Shown piece after piece: positions 23,859-37,100 of a stretch of 63,250 nucleotides of DNA. How positions within the stretch are numbered: position 1 is the first letter of the stretch; each line of letters opens with the position of its first letter. This stretch comes from Rhizaria sp. SCN 62-66. Taxonomy: Eukaryota. The stretch spans positions 62,001-125,250 of the forward strand of contig MEDY01000024.1 in assembly GCA_001724265.1 (NCBI GenBank), read 5' to 3'. The notes beneath the pieces were generated by a model that did not search any database, was not told the DNA's origin, and saw only the letters and a program-made list of their open reading frames with translations. The translations under genes were made by a program, and so were the position numbers.

Positions 23859-24377
23859 GTGGCAGTAAGTGTCACGCTCATGAATGCTCCATAGTATCGA
23901 TAAATTTACATAGAGAAAGAACAATACACAATCAATAATATTGGATGACACGCGCCTGTGGAACTATTTACATCTATTTGTATTGAATCAGAACGTGCAT
24001 GAAAAAACAATCAACAACTAGAACAAGTTGTCGTACACAGTCACACACAGTTGTGATGCGCTTTTCTCATTATCATCGTCAGATCAGTTGGTTGTTGTCA
24101 GTCGGTCAGTCGGGGTCGGTTGGTCACAGGCATAAAATCTATATCTCTAAATGAGAGCCACAGTCGTATCAGTGGCGAGTAAATGCTATGAAAACGAACA
24201 AAAACACTCAAAAAAGCACACTTATCGTTACTTTTTAGCACACACACATCCGCAAGTCCAAGTCAATCGATCCAAGTCATGTCACTTAAAACCTTCTCAA
24301 CTCTGCTTGCTTGCTCGCGCTCCTCCGTTGTCGTGTAAGCAGGTAGGTCCTTCGAGAAAGGGTACTTCGTCACTTAC

Positions 24378-25606
24378 TTACTGGGTGGGGCACTGGGGCA
24401 TGTCGCCGCCCTTGTCGCCGCCGGCGCCGCCGGCGCCGCCGAGGCCAGAGAGCATGGCACGCAGCGCGTCCGCGTCGTCCTGCGACGACGAGGGCGCCTC
24501 GGTCATCATCTGGTCGAGCGCCTCACGGTGCTCCTCGGGGACGAGGTCGCGGGGCGGGGGGCCGAAGGTCTGGACCATGATCATGTTCTCCTGCACAGCC
24601 GCGTCGTCGACGGGGTCGGAGTCGAAGGCCGCGATGATCTTCTTGTAGCACTCAAACTGCTTGGCGTGCTTGTCGTGGGTCTCGTCGTCGATCTTGCCCT
24701 TGTTCTCCTCGAGCCAGGCGGGGAAGCGCGCGACGAGGTCGGCGATGGGGTCGTAGAGGTGCTCACGCGACATCATCTCCTGCATCATCTGCATCATCAT
24801 CTTCTGCATCATCTCGGGGTTGAACATCTCGCCGCCCTCGCCGCCCGCGCCGCCATTGAGGCCCATCGCGCCCAGCGACTCGGCCATCATCTTGGAGAAG
24901 GCGTCGGCGTCCATCTCAGCGCCGTCGTCGCCCTCGCCGTCGCCGTTGGCCTCAATGCCGTCGGTGTCGATCACGGAGTTCTTGATCATGCGCATCGCGG
25001 CCTCCATGGGGTCGAGGTTCGCGTCGTCGTCGTCGTCGTCGCCGGCGGCGAGACGGGACATCATGTCCTTGTCGTCAGTGTTGACCTCCTCTGTGGTGAG
25101 AAGCACAAAAGAAACAGGGAGAAGCAGCAGGCACGAGCAGAACGAAATAGAGAGACAGAGAGTAGAAATTGAGGATATGTGCGAAAGACAATTTGTGTGT
25201 TTGATATTTCAACTGATTTGCTGCGATTTGTGGTCACGATAAAGCTGTGGATCGCAAGAGACATTGGCGCGGCTCGCTTGGACAAGCTCCAAATGAACTT
25301 GCGGTGGAAAAGCTTGCGAGTGCGGAAGCGAGGCGAATGCGAAGGGGAAAGGATGCGTACCAGTCTTGTTGTCCTTGTCGTACTCCTCGAAGGCGTCTGT
25401 GTGTGAGTAGAGTGGAGTTAGATCAGGCAAAAGGCAGGGAAGTGGTGAGAAGTCGTGGCGGAGAAACGCGCAAAGGATGAGCCGGGTGGCGCAAGACAGA
25501 GCAAACGGAAAGAGCCATTGTGAAGATCAAAGACGACAACGATAGCCGGATAAAAATGAAAAAAGAAAGACGTACTGTCGATAATGTTGTCGATGTTTTT
25601 GTCCAT
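24378..25606 (-). CDS. PEX19: Peroxin 19 (PMP import receptor), 3 exons
   Basis: Exons 25576-25606, 25361-25396 and 24378-25090 give MDKNIDNIIDNAFEEY (PEX3-binding-like helix) ... MMSREHLYDPI...FPAWLEEN...MVQTFGPPPRDLV and a C-terminal CaaX box CPTQ. Stop TAA. Confidence 0.93.
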
Positions 25607-25960
25607 GTTGCTGAAGTGATCCCAAGCCGCACTGTGACTCTCGCGATCGTCGTCCCGCGACTGTCCGCTTCAACACTCTGCCAGTCGCCAACCAGCCCGA
25701 TCGGACCGAAAAAAAAAAGGCCAAATCATTTATCGTAGCAACAAAACCATGTTTTAAGTGCATAATTTCATAACTTTCTCGTCCATTAATGAAGTTCGGC
25801 CTGTTTATTGCTTCTGGAATACGAATATATACAAAATCGCGTCTCATGCGTCCAGATCGCCCCAAATATCTATACAAATCATCTTGAAAAATTATGCCAT
25901 CGCACACAGGTTACACACTTGTGTTGCGTTGTTTGTCGTACATAACCGACAGCCGTGAGC

Positions 25961-28900
25961 TTAGAGCCCCATAACTCCGGTCAAGTTGAGCCGCTGCTCG
26001 TCGCTCATGTTGTACGCCTCGGCCCACTGCAGCGCGAACGTGGCCACGAACTCTGGCTCTGTGCCGCACGCAAGCATCGAAGCCATGAGAGAACTTAACG
26101 ACGCAAAGGCGACATCGCGCTCGAGATACGTCGCAACCGCGGTGTTGCTGCTGTTGCTCTGACTCATGGCACTCGTGGTGGCAGAGGGCTCGGAGGCATC
26201 GCCGTCCTCACGTTCACTGTCACTCAGCTTCAAATCATGATTCTGACTCTGGCTCTTCTGGCTCTGGCTCTTGCTATTGATCTTACGCTGCTGCTGCAGC
26301 TGTGAGCCAAAGGGCACAGCGCCAGACTCCTGCAGCTGCAGCTCGGACTCGAACACGTTATCCAGCAGACACAGCTGCCAGAACCTCTCCAGTGACCACA
26401 ATGGGTGGTTTCGCAGTGCTTCGATGAGGTATAGCTTGCCCCCACTGGCCGCTGCGGCCTTGGCAGCCGCGGCAGATGCGACGGCAGCCGACTGCGACTG
26501 TGCGCTCGTAACTGCAGCGTTAGAGGGAGCAATGCCGTCGGCGTCGTCGAGGTCGAGATCGATGTTGTCGGTGGTAGTGGCACTACCCTGACTACTCTTG
26601 CTCGTAGCGTTAGCGGTGCTGTTGGAGAGAGTGCGTGAGCGCTGGTCGTAGTCCTCCCAAGTTAAGCCGTCAGCGATGAGTGAAGTCGCGTCCAGCCCTT
26701 CCTCAGCCCCACCAGCAACACCGCTCAACGCGTGCGCGACACTCGAGAGCAGATTTCCATTGCCGCCGCTGTTCGCGCTGCTGTTTGGACTGGTTTCGCA
26801 CCGGATCGTCAGCGCAAGCATGATCACACTCTGCGCAGGCCGGACGTCAACCATGTTCACGCTGCCGCCACCGCTCGCGTTGCCGGGGCCGCCGACGAGA
26901 GAGCTGAGGCCGAGACTACTCAGAACGCCGCCGCTGTTATGGCCTAACACGGTCGCAGCTGACACCGCGCTACCGCCGTTGTTAGCGCGCGACTTGATGG
27001 CGGAGCGGGCAGACGACTGCGGAAAAGCCGCGGCGGAAGTGATCTCGGCAAAGCACTGGTCGAGGCAGCGGCGCGACAGGGCACAGAGGTTACGGTACGC
27101 GGGCGCAGAAACCTGGTTTTTTCAGTGTAAATGAAACAATTGAAAGGATATATCGCGTTGTAGATGAGTTAAAAATAAATATAGTGATTAAATGCTCAAT
27201 TAAAATATTTAAGGAAAATAAATTGGCTTTAAAAGTCGGTATATAGCGTTAACTCTATGTTTGGTGAACAGGCGTACCTTAGTGACGCGGCCGTTACGCA
27301 TACTGTTGAGCACGTTCACAAACGCAAGCCTGCCGGCCGCCGTTGCGCACAGTGCTGTGCAGAGGTCCAGCAGGTCAGAGTCGAGACGCGGGGGCCGGCT
27401 CAGCCACGCCTGGGACTGAGCCTGTGCCACGGCAGCGGTCGCGGCAGCGGTCGTCGCGGCAGCCGCGGCGGTCGCGGCGGCTGAGTCAGAGATCGATGCA
27501 TCGTCTGAGATCGAGCCAGCTGTTGTCGCCGCGGCGAGGGTGCATGTGGCCTGATAGAGGCCTTTCACGCCCACGGCGGCGTCGAGCAGAGCGCCCAGTT
27601 GGGCTGAGGCGGAGGCCACAACGGCGGCGGGCGGAGGCGGCGGCCTAAGTTCGGTGACAGCAACAAAAGAACAAAATTGAACACATATCGGCATTAGTAA
27701 AGTATGACATCTAAAAACTAATAAAGATAGTTACAACGTATAGTCTACTTAATAAAATATAATGACTCGATGTTAATAACAGAAATTTAAGTGGGTTAGA
27801 TATGTCCGTACCTCTTGACGAGTCCATGCATCCTCGAAGCCCCGCTGTCAGTGTTGCTGCCACCGCCAGTCGTCGCATTGCTGACCGATGCGATTTGCTT
27901 CTGGATGTCCGACGCAGCCGCAGAGGCCGCCGTCGTCGCCGCGGTAACGGCAGCAGCGACGGCGCTTGTGGCAGCAGCCGAGAACGACTGAAGCTTATTC
28001 TCCCATCCGTTATTGTTGCTATTGCTGTTAGTAGAGTTGTTGGGGCAACCACTCTATGTGCTACTTACCCCGCTGGCAGCCCCCTTAGGCCCCGCGCCTG
28101 CACTAGCAGCAGCAGCAGCAGCAGCGCCAGTGTTGCCGCCGTGGTGACCAGCGCCCACTTTCTGGCTCTTGTTGGCGTCATCCGCGATAACGGCGGCCTC
28201 AGCGGTCTCCACGACAAGCCGCTCCGTCTCCAGCAGCAGCGCGGTCACGCCGCCCACGGTCACCGCGGTCGCGCCTGTTGTGCCGGCAGTCGCGGCCGCG
28301 GTCTCAGAGCCGCTGCCACTGCCACCGCCGCCGCTCGATCCGGCGGCGCTCACATGGGACAACGAGTCCCCCGCGACAGCGCTGCTTGAAGAGCTCGTGC
28401 TCAGCAATTCGAGCGGAATAGTGCTGCTGCTGAGCCCCAGGCAGTGCGTCGGCGCGACGCCGCCGGTCAGAATCACCTCGCACGCCTCCGCCGCAGCGCC
28501 CGACAGCGCCGCACTAAAGCCCCCGCTCCCCGCGTTGCCATAGCCGCCTACACCAGCGCCAGCGCCAGCGCCAGAGCCAGAGCCGGAGCCGGACTCGGCA
28601 GCAAGCGCGGCGGCCACCGCGGAGGTCGCAGCTGCGGTCGCCCCAGACTGCGTCTCCCCGCGCAACAGCAGATACCGGGCCCCGCCGGCGCCGAACCGGC
28701 GCTCTTTGACCGGGGGCGGCGCGGGCGCGGAGGAGAAGAAGGAGGAAAAAGACGAAAACACGCTCGTCACGGCGGCCGTCGCGGCCTCGGCGGCGGACTG
28801 AGCGGCGGTGGTTTCCTCCGCGAGGGCCTGGGCACGCGCGGCACGGCGCGCTGCAACCCGGCGCGCCTTGGCCTCGGCCTTCGCAACAGCAGCAGCAGCA

Positions 28901-30500
28901 GCACTGGAACTGGCAGCGGCGGCGGCGTTACCGTTACCGTCAAGGTCGAGAGCGTTGGGTTCGTTGTTGGTGATGTTGTCGTCGTTGTCGGTGGTTTCGT
29001 CGCCGTCGCAACTGGGATCCGCGTCGCAGTAGTCAATGTCGTCCTCCAGATCGCTCAGCCCGCCGCTGCTGCCACCGCCGCCACCGCCAGCAGCAGCGCC
29101 GTGGCCCGCCGCCGCCCCTCCGGCGCGCGCCGCGGCTGCGCGGGCCGCAGCGGCGGCGGCGGCGGCGACTGCGTGGACTGTGTAGAGCGTGGCTGGGTGG
29201 AACGGAGACGCCTGGTACTGCGGCGCGGGGGCCGAAGCGGCGCGCACGGCGGCCGCAGCGGCCACCACGGCCGCGGGGGCGTTGGGCGCCGTAGCCGCGG
29301 CGGCGTCGGCGGCGGCGCGCGCGGCGAGCGAGCGTGCGAGCGCCATGACGTCGCTTTGGGGGCTCGCAGAGTCTGCGAAACCGGCCGGGAGGGACCAGGC
29401 TGCGGCCAGATTAGTCGCGGTCGCGGCGTGGTGCGCGGAGTAGCGCGCGCAGATGTCGGTGAGGGCGCGGAGACGGGTTGTCTCGGCGGCGTGGAGGGAT
29501 GTCAGCGTGGTGTAGGAGCGGGACTCGAGCGACGCGTGCGCAGACTGGGCCACGAACACGGCCTAGAAAAATTAAAAAAATATCACACACAAGGAAAATA
29601 GGAACAATAAGAAATAAAAATATTTGATAATTCTAGAAAATAGCGTCATCCATAATATACTTCAAGTATAACTCCGTTAACTATGATTAACCTAGTCAAA
29701 ATCAGAAGATACAAAAATAGAAAGATATTATTGTGCTCGTTTACTTCTGCTCGTTTACTTCGTACCTGTAGGTAGGCCGCGTCCCTGCGCAGTGCCGTCT
29801 TGGTGAGCTCCACCGCGTTTGCCTTAAGCTCCGCAATGGCGCCCTCGGCGGGCATAAGCGCCTTGCACACGCGGCGCACGTCGCGCGCGTCCCTGTCTGC
29901 GACGCGGCCCTGTTGCGCGCTGGCGGCGGCGGCGCGGGCCAACGCAAGACACACGCGCTCACGGTGCTGCGCGACGGCGAGCCGCTCACGCGCGTGCTTC
30001 GCGGAGGCCATCGCGGCTGTTACGCGCGCCTCGTGCGTCGCCACGGCCGCCAGTGCGGTCTGCAGCGCCGACAGAGTGCGGCTGTAGTCGGACCAGAGTG
30101 CGTCGGCGGTGGCGGAAGCTTTCGCGTGTAGCTCACTGAGCTCGGCAGCAAACTGCGTCTGCAGCGACTGGGAGGAGCCCGCGGCAAGTGCGGCCGACGC
30201 GGAGGTCTGCTCGTACACGGAGGATAGCAGGGCCGTTACTGACGCGTCGGGCGCGCGCGTCGCGGCGGGGAAGTTGTAGGCCGTGCATAGCTTCTTGAGC
30301 GACGACGCGTACGCCTGCTCGATCGCTGCCTGCTCTGTGACGAACGTGCGAAGAGTGGAGATGGAGCGCAAGCCATCGCGGATAACTTGAAAGGCACCAA
30401 TAACGTTGCCCTTGACAGCGGCAGCGAAGATACCCGCGGCGTCAGTCTCCGTCGGCATCTGGGAAGAAGCAGACGTGGGCAAGGGGGGCGACGAGGACAT
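25961..30500 (-). CDS. F-BAR/FCH-like N-terminus + C-terminal SBF1/SBF2-like helical domain, about 1334 aa, 4 exons, one in-frame TAG at 28054-28056
   Basis: Exons 29766-30500, 27812-29562, 27278-27644 and 25961-27112. FVTEQAAIEQAYASSLKKL is FCH-like. AFVNVLNSMR...LYLIEALRNHPLWSLERFW...FASLSSLMASM is SBF2-like. Splice phases only work if exon 2 is read through the TAG. Final stop TAA. Confidence 0.75.
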
Positions 30501-30908
30501 GGTAGTCTATCTACCGCCACAGCGCGTCTAAAGAAGACTTGGAAAGCTGCAAAATAAAGAAAGTATACAAAATCATATCAGCCTTATCATATCATCTTTT
30601 CTGTTCGACCTATCGATCTGCTATAGAGAACAAGTTGTGTATAGTTAGGCCCCCTTTGGACTGACGTCAGAAGATGCATTCGTGGCCCTGTCCGGTCGAT
30701 GCAAAGGGGACACACACTGTGCAACATGATCTGTTCGAGTTGCTCCTGGTATGAAACCGTACTCACTCGGTGCAATTTTTCACATTTAAATAGTTCCCTT
30801 CTTTGCACTTCGTCAACTTAAACAAATCACAGTAAATCAACAATAACCGTGAGATATCCTTCGGTCGCACTCGTGCACTTCGCCGCGAGTCAAAAACTGT
30901 CCAGTTGT

Positions 30909-32837
30909 TCAAAGATTCGAGGGCGTGTCCTTGCCACCGGCCGTCTTGAGCGCACCGGACAGGTACGTCGTGCTAGACATCTCGACAAGGCGGGAGATGG
31001 CACGCGCCGATGCGAATACTTCGTCCTCCTTGAAGCCCTTCTTGTTGCCGCCAGTGGCCTCCAGCTCAGCAGTTGCCTCAGCGGCAGTCTTGTGCTAAAA
31101 AGAACATAAAACATCAAAGAGTAAAAGAAATTAGTTAGTATAGTATAAAGATAAACAAAATGCATATACTATCCGAAATTCAACTTGATGCCTAAAAATA
31201 AAGCAGAGATATCACAGAGTAAAGTGAACATATGAACAACTCTCACATTGTCGCATCGTCGCATCGTAACGGACCTCAATCTTAGCGTCGGCACTGGCAT
31301 CCGCGCCACCCGCGCTCGCCGTGCTGTTCTCGGCCATGGTATCGCGCGCGGGCCGGAACAGGTCGCTGGGCGGCGCCTCCGCGGAGATGAACAGCTTGGT
31401 CCTGTGCTCATACAGCACGTCAAGCAGCGTGATGAACCGGCGGATCACTTCGCGCCGGTCAAAGTACAGCAGAGGGACGTCGGTGACGATGACGCAGGGG
31501 AACGCCTTGGCGACGGCGTAGTAGTCGGCCGCGCCCAGGGGCCGCGCGCAGAGCTCGTCGAAGGTGAATCGCGCGACACGATGCGGCACCGCGTGCGCTG
31601 CGGTGAGCGTACGACCCATCATGACCTCCACGGTGACCGCGCGGGCCTCGCCGCCGCCGGCGAGCTTGGCGAAGATGTGGTCGATGTTGGCGGCCGTAGC
31701 CGGGGAGAGCGGGGAGTGGTACACGCCTTCCTCGGTGGTCACAAGTAACCGGTAGTCGGACATGTGTTCCATGGGTACCACCTCGGTGTTGCGCTCCAGG
31801 ATGCCGATGAACGGCAGGAACACGTCGCGGTTCAGTCCGTTGAGGTACAGATCGCGCGGCGGGCGGTTACTCGTCGCGACGACAACGCATCCATTAGCGA
31901 ACAAGTGTGTGAACAGCTCCTTCAAGATCATCGCATCGGCAACATCGGTCACCTGGAACTCGTCCAAGCAGAGCACGCGGCCCTCTTTGGCGACGAACTC
32001 GCGCGCGATCACGGCCAGCGGGTCCGTGACCTTGTTCTGCGCCGGCGACTGGCGCAGCTTGTGCAGACGCTGGTGCACTTCGAGCATGAACGAGTGGAAA
32101 TGCTTGCGGACTTTGGGGATTGTGTTGGGGACAGTGTCAAAAAACATGTCCATCATCATCGTCTTGCCGCAGCCAACGCCGCCGTAGATGTACAGACCGC
32201 GCGGCGTGCCGGGCGCGGGCTCAGCAACCGCGGGCGCGGCCGAGCTGGAGCTCGAGCTCGAACTGTCTCCATTGCTGTTGTTGTTATTGCCGAAGAAGCT
32301 CTTGAGGCCGAAGAATGACGACGACGACGCCTCCTTGGGCTTAGCCGCGGCCGGCGCAGGCGCGGGGGCCGCAGCGGCTACGGGGGGCAGCGGGTGCATC
32401 GTGAGCGCGTCCCACAGGTTCTGCAGGCGCTCGATGGTATTACGCTGGCGCGGGTCCTCCTTGAGGTCGCCGGAGGCTAGGGCGCGCTCGTACGCGGTCT
32501 CGGGGTCCTCGGCCGCGGGCCGCACGGCGGGCGCGGGGGCAGAGGAGAAGGCGCGCACAGAGCGCAGAGTGACGGGCGTCATGGGGGTCAGGGCAAGAGT
32601 TGCGGAGATAGAAGGGAAAGAAGGGGCGGCAAAGAAAGCTGGCTGCTGCTGCTGCTGCTGCTGCTGCTGCGAAGACTGAATGCGGTGACGCGAGGTAGCA
32701 TCTCCCCAGGAGGTCATCGTGGTGGTAGAAAACTGTGTAGGTGCGGTGACTGATGCGGCAACAGAACGTGCGCTGCAGGTGATGAGCGAAGCGCGGGAGG
32801 CCGTGTTGCGGATCAGCAACGACGACAGCGACGCCAT
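30909..32837 (-). CDS. AFG1: AFG1/LACE1 (ZapE family) mitochondrial ATPase, 582 aa, 2 exons
   Basis: Exons 31275-32837 and 30909-31094. Arg/Ser-rich presequence, GLYIYGGVGCGKTMMMDMF (Walker A), HFHSFM, LCLDEFQVTDVADA (Walker B), TSNRPP, RRFITLLDVLY and FASARAISRLVEM. Stop TGA. Confidence 0.95.
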
Positions 32838-34152
32838 CTGGAAGAGTGTCACGAACACCGCGAAACGGTCAGCAAATTATTGAACTCAAAGTGAGCGCTT
32901 AAAATATATAATTTTAAAAACAATATAAATTTTCAACACACTCATGGAACTGCTATTGCACAGCTAGAAACTGGTATAAATCTGCATGAAAGTTGAGCTA
33001 GGATGACGCGGACCTCCTCGTCGCCACCCACCATAGAGCCACAAAACAACTTTTCTTCACTCATAGTGCACAAAGCGCAGGTGTATACAAGCGACCAGAG
33101 CTAATTCTCGTTTATGTGAGTTATACCTAGATAATGTCTCTGATCTCCGTTAAAATAAACTTAAAGCTGATTATACCTTTGAGAAAACCTTACTTTTGGA
33201 CACAAACCCACCACAAACGGACGTTCAAAGAACGCTATTCGCGCTTCAGCTGCATCAAGATCAACCACAACAGAGACGGCTCGGTAGGAAAATGTGTCTC
33301 TAATGCCGCGTTTTTTTACTGCCTATGCAACCTCGTTGGCAGCCAATGTCATCCTGCGCTAACGGAGAGGCCTCTCCATAACGCGTCTGCAGTATCTGGA
33401 CCCAAGCGGGCGCGGTCGAGACCGTTCATGAACGGTGCGGCGCTAAGGTGACAAACCAATGCTGGAAAAAGAAAAAAGGTAGTGGAGATGATGCAGAGAT
33501 GCATGGTGATCTCGCACGCGGAAAGCAGCTCTTGAAGTGTTAAGCGAGTTCAGGACAGTTGGCAGAAATGTCGGCACGACACGAAGAGATGTGACGGTTC
33601 GCAATAATATGGTAATAAAGTAGACATTTAGAACGCATTGATGTCACTTTTTACTTTTGCCGTGATTGAGACTTGAAAGATGTGCAGACATGAGTAGTGC
33701 ACGGACGTCAGACCTGCTTGATGACTGAGCATCAAGTGACCGTGAGCAACAAGCAGGCCAGTTCAGCTATTAATTTTGACAGAGATAGAAAACAAAACGC
33801 GTGTTGATAGTGTGTATGTGGGGCTGTTTGTCAAATATGTTGTCTCATCTTTCTTTTGGTATGACTTTAGAGCTGCCGCAACACGATATAGCGTGACAGC
33901 AACTTGAAAAATATTATTTCGAAGTATATAATTGACCGAAACATGATCCAAGTGAAAATAAACGTGCGCAATATGATGTCCATCTGTGTTAGAAACCAAT
34001 TTATGTTGTTTTCTTTGTTTCGGTAAGATTTTAAGTTGCTTGTGCAGGAACTAAAACGTAACAATGCAGAGGGCACGAGTGGGACGGGGGAACGAAGGGC
34101 GCTCACGAGGCAACAAGAAACAGGGATAGATCTCGTTTAACCAACGCACAAC

Positions 34153-37100
34153 ATGGCTCGCTTTAAACTATTAGAGACATTTGGACGTTACGTCCAAAAG
34201 AAGCTGACGTATATCCTTGCAGTTCTTGCGGCGCTGGTGCTTGTCGCCACGGTTGTCATGGTGGTCGTGATCATGGCAACGGCTCCAAGCAGCGGAGGTG
34301 TCAACGGAGCTAGCGTCGCATCATCGCCTCCACCGTTGATTGCCAACAGCGCAGTACTGCCAGCCTCTGCAATCCCGCACCGCGTAGTGTTTCCGAAGCT
34401 AGAAAGGTTCGTTTTATCTTGCGTGACGTTGTTAAACTGTTCACTTGCTCTCCGCCCACTTTCAGGTCGTTGTCAGTGCACTTTTCTGTTCATGCCTCAC
34501 TTGAACAATGAGTTTCCTTCTTTGACGCTTTTATCATTTGCTGTGCTGTATTTAGTTCAAGCTCGAAAACCGAGTTGTTTCCGTCTCGTGTCACGCTCGC
34601 GCTCACTACCGGCGCCGTAAACTACACCCTTGATCTCGATCGTTCTAACTTCTTATCCAAGCAATACCAGCACTCAACGTACGTCGTAACGCAACTTTAA
34701 AGATATGTCCTTATGGTTACAGCTGCTTCATCTATTTATGCTGCTGAATTGTGCGTCTCATTTTGTTCTGCGATGATTTTGCCTCTATATCTGTCTTTGA
34801 TCGCAGTATCACTCCCGGCCCTGACGGACGCCTGCGCTATGCCGCCGCATCGGTGTTGCCCCATATCGACTGCTACTACCGCGGCCGCGTGCGCGGCGAT
34901 TCCACGTCACTAGTTGCTGTCGATTTCTGCGACGGCTTCCTGCGCGGCAGCGTAATCACCTCACAAGGCGCGTTTTCACTGGGTTCGTACTCAAACTTCC
35001 TCGATGAGACTAACACGCCCATTGCGCGCGTCTCACCTGTCACCGGCAACAGCGGCGCTGGCGCTGGCGCTGGCGGCGTTGTTGTCACGCCGACCGAGGA
35101 GTCCGTTGCCGCCGCGCTGGCAAACAGTGCGACGTATGCCACTTCTGGCGCCGCCGCAGCCGCGTCCGCCGCTCTCGCCGCTGCCGATGCAGCAGACTCT
35201 GCCTCTGCTCGCCGTAGTCGCCTCACCAGTCCTAACAACGGCCGTGGGCACAGCAAGGAGCCCTGGGACTTGCCCGGCGCCCACATCGGCCGCCAGTCAG
35301 ACACGCCGGTAGTGATCCGCTCTGCCAAGGACTGGGAGCGGCAACGGAGGCGGCTTAGCTTTGGGCTCGACCGCAGTCCCTCGCTCCTCGACCGCGAGCA
35401 GGACGCCGCTGCGGACGCAACGTATTTGGCGGAGGGTGAGAAGTTAAGCCGCGCGCCGCGCACCTCTGCAATCACCAGCACTGACGCTGAGAGCGCTGTA
35501 AGTAGCCGCCGCAGTCTGCTCAGTAGCAGTCTGCTTGCAAACGAAGGGGGTCCTGGGATGGCGGTAGTCGAGCTGCCCACAATACCCGGCACTAACGCTA
35601 ATGTAAACGCAAACGCAAACAGAAACACTGGCAGTACACCGGGAGTTAGAGCCCGGCGCGGTGTCGCAGCGTCTCTGTTGTCGCAGCCACACGTGATCAC
35701 TGACGCTGCCGCTGAGCTCAGTGCGTTGCGCAAGCTTGGCCTTGCGGGCAACTGCGGGCGTACAGTGCTACGGCAGCAACTTGAGCAGAAAAAGCATCTC
35801 GAAGCACTTCAACGTGGGAAGAACAGTAAGCGCAAGAACGTCGCGGGTTTCAAGTCCAAGAGTCTGCCGGACGGCCTAAGTGAGATGAAGTCTAAAGGTG
35901 CTGTGATGCGGCCTGAGCTCGGTGAGACAGAGGCAAAGATGCGAGAAAAGAAGAAAGCCGATAAGCTGCGTGAAATCGCACTTACGCGCACTGCTCTGCT
36001 CGCCTTGGCTGAAGCTAAGAAAATAGCTTTAGAGGAGCGTAACGAAGACAGCGGTGATATGACGAGTCTGAACCCACGCTTCGTTAATGTTAACATTCAT
36101 AATCGCGGCACAAGTGCTGACATTAACAGCAGCAATCGTGTTTCTTCTTCGAGCTACAACAGTACGACTCCTGTGCCGACAGGCAGCTTCACTCCACCGG
36201 GCGGCTTTACAACGACATCTGAGAGCGACCAGTGGGAGGACGGCAGTGCGAGCGAAAAAGCGCTTGCGCAGCTGCACAGCGACATCAAGGAGTACAGCTC
36301 TTTGTTGCCGCCGCACCTGATGAAGGCGCTGAAGAAGTTGAATCGTGACAATAACATCATCACACGAGGTGGCCTCGGTCTGCGCTACTTAGACAACAAG
36401 AACGACAATGACAGCAGCAACGCAGCTAAGGGTGCGGCTATGCTTATGTCACAGGATGACTGGCTTGCGCGCATGGGTCTGCCTAGCAGCTTAACTTCGA
36501 ACAAAGACGACGACGAGCTTCGGAGTGCGGCGGCGACCGAGGCTGAGCTCGAGTCAGATGCTGAAGCGGATGCAGAGGCCGATGCTGAGGCTGAGAAGGC
36601 CGCAGTGGCTGAGGCTGAGGCTAACGACGCCGCAATCACTGCGCGTGCAGAGCGTGACTTGGCGCTGCTCGAGCGGTTTCCCGGTCTGTTCACGTCGCCG
36701 ACGCCGCGCTTCGGCGCATCCACACCGGCCATAGCGAGCGCGGGACCAGGGCCGGTGCCGGTGACGACGGCTGAGGCTGCGCGTGCCGCCAGTGGCCGCG
36801 GTCGCGGTGAGGACGACGACACCAGTGATCGTGAGTTTGGTCGCACCAGTGATGGTGAGCGGCGCAGTCGGAAAAAGCCTGCAGCCACTGCTGCGATCGA
36901 ACAAGCGCCGCGCTACATTGAACTCATCATCTTTAACGATGCTGCCCGCTCTGCGTACGCCTTCGCATTCTATCATCATTTACGCTGTGTTTGTTATCTT
37001 CTTTAACAAATTTGATGATTTTTAGCTTGAAATAACAGTTCATACTCACGATCCCCTGAATCACTTACTTTGTTTTTGTGTTTACACTGATAGGGCTCGC

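Noticed and set aside
28054-28068. 15-nt GT-AG micro-intron (GTAAGTAGCACATAG) that would remove the TAG in frame
   Set aside because: Formally possible, but GTAAGT breaks the +4C rule seen in all 24 other coding donors and all other introns are at least 128 nt. No equivalent plausible in-frame micro-intron was seen for the TAGs at 54221 or 55427. Disfavoured, not excluded without RNA data.
29734-29761. Tandem 14-bp duplication TGCTCGTTTACTTC in an intron
   Set aside because: Two copies with no spacer, a simple slippage product and not CRISPR-like.
33713-33757. Small hairpin containing TGATGA and CTGA, resembling box C/D motifs
   Set aside because: The boxes are adjacent with no room for guide sequences; too short to call a snoRNA.
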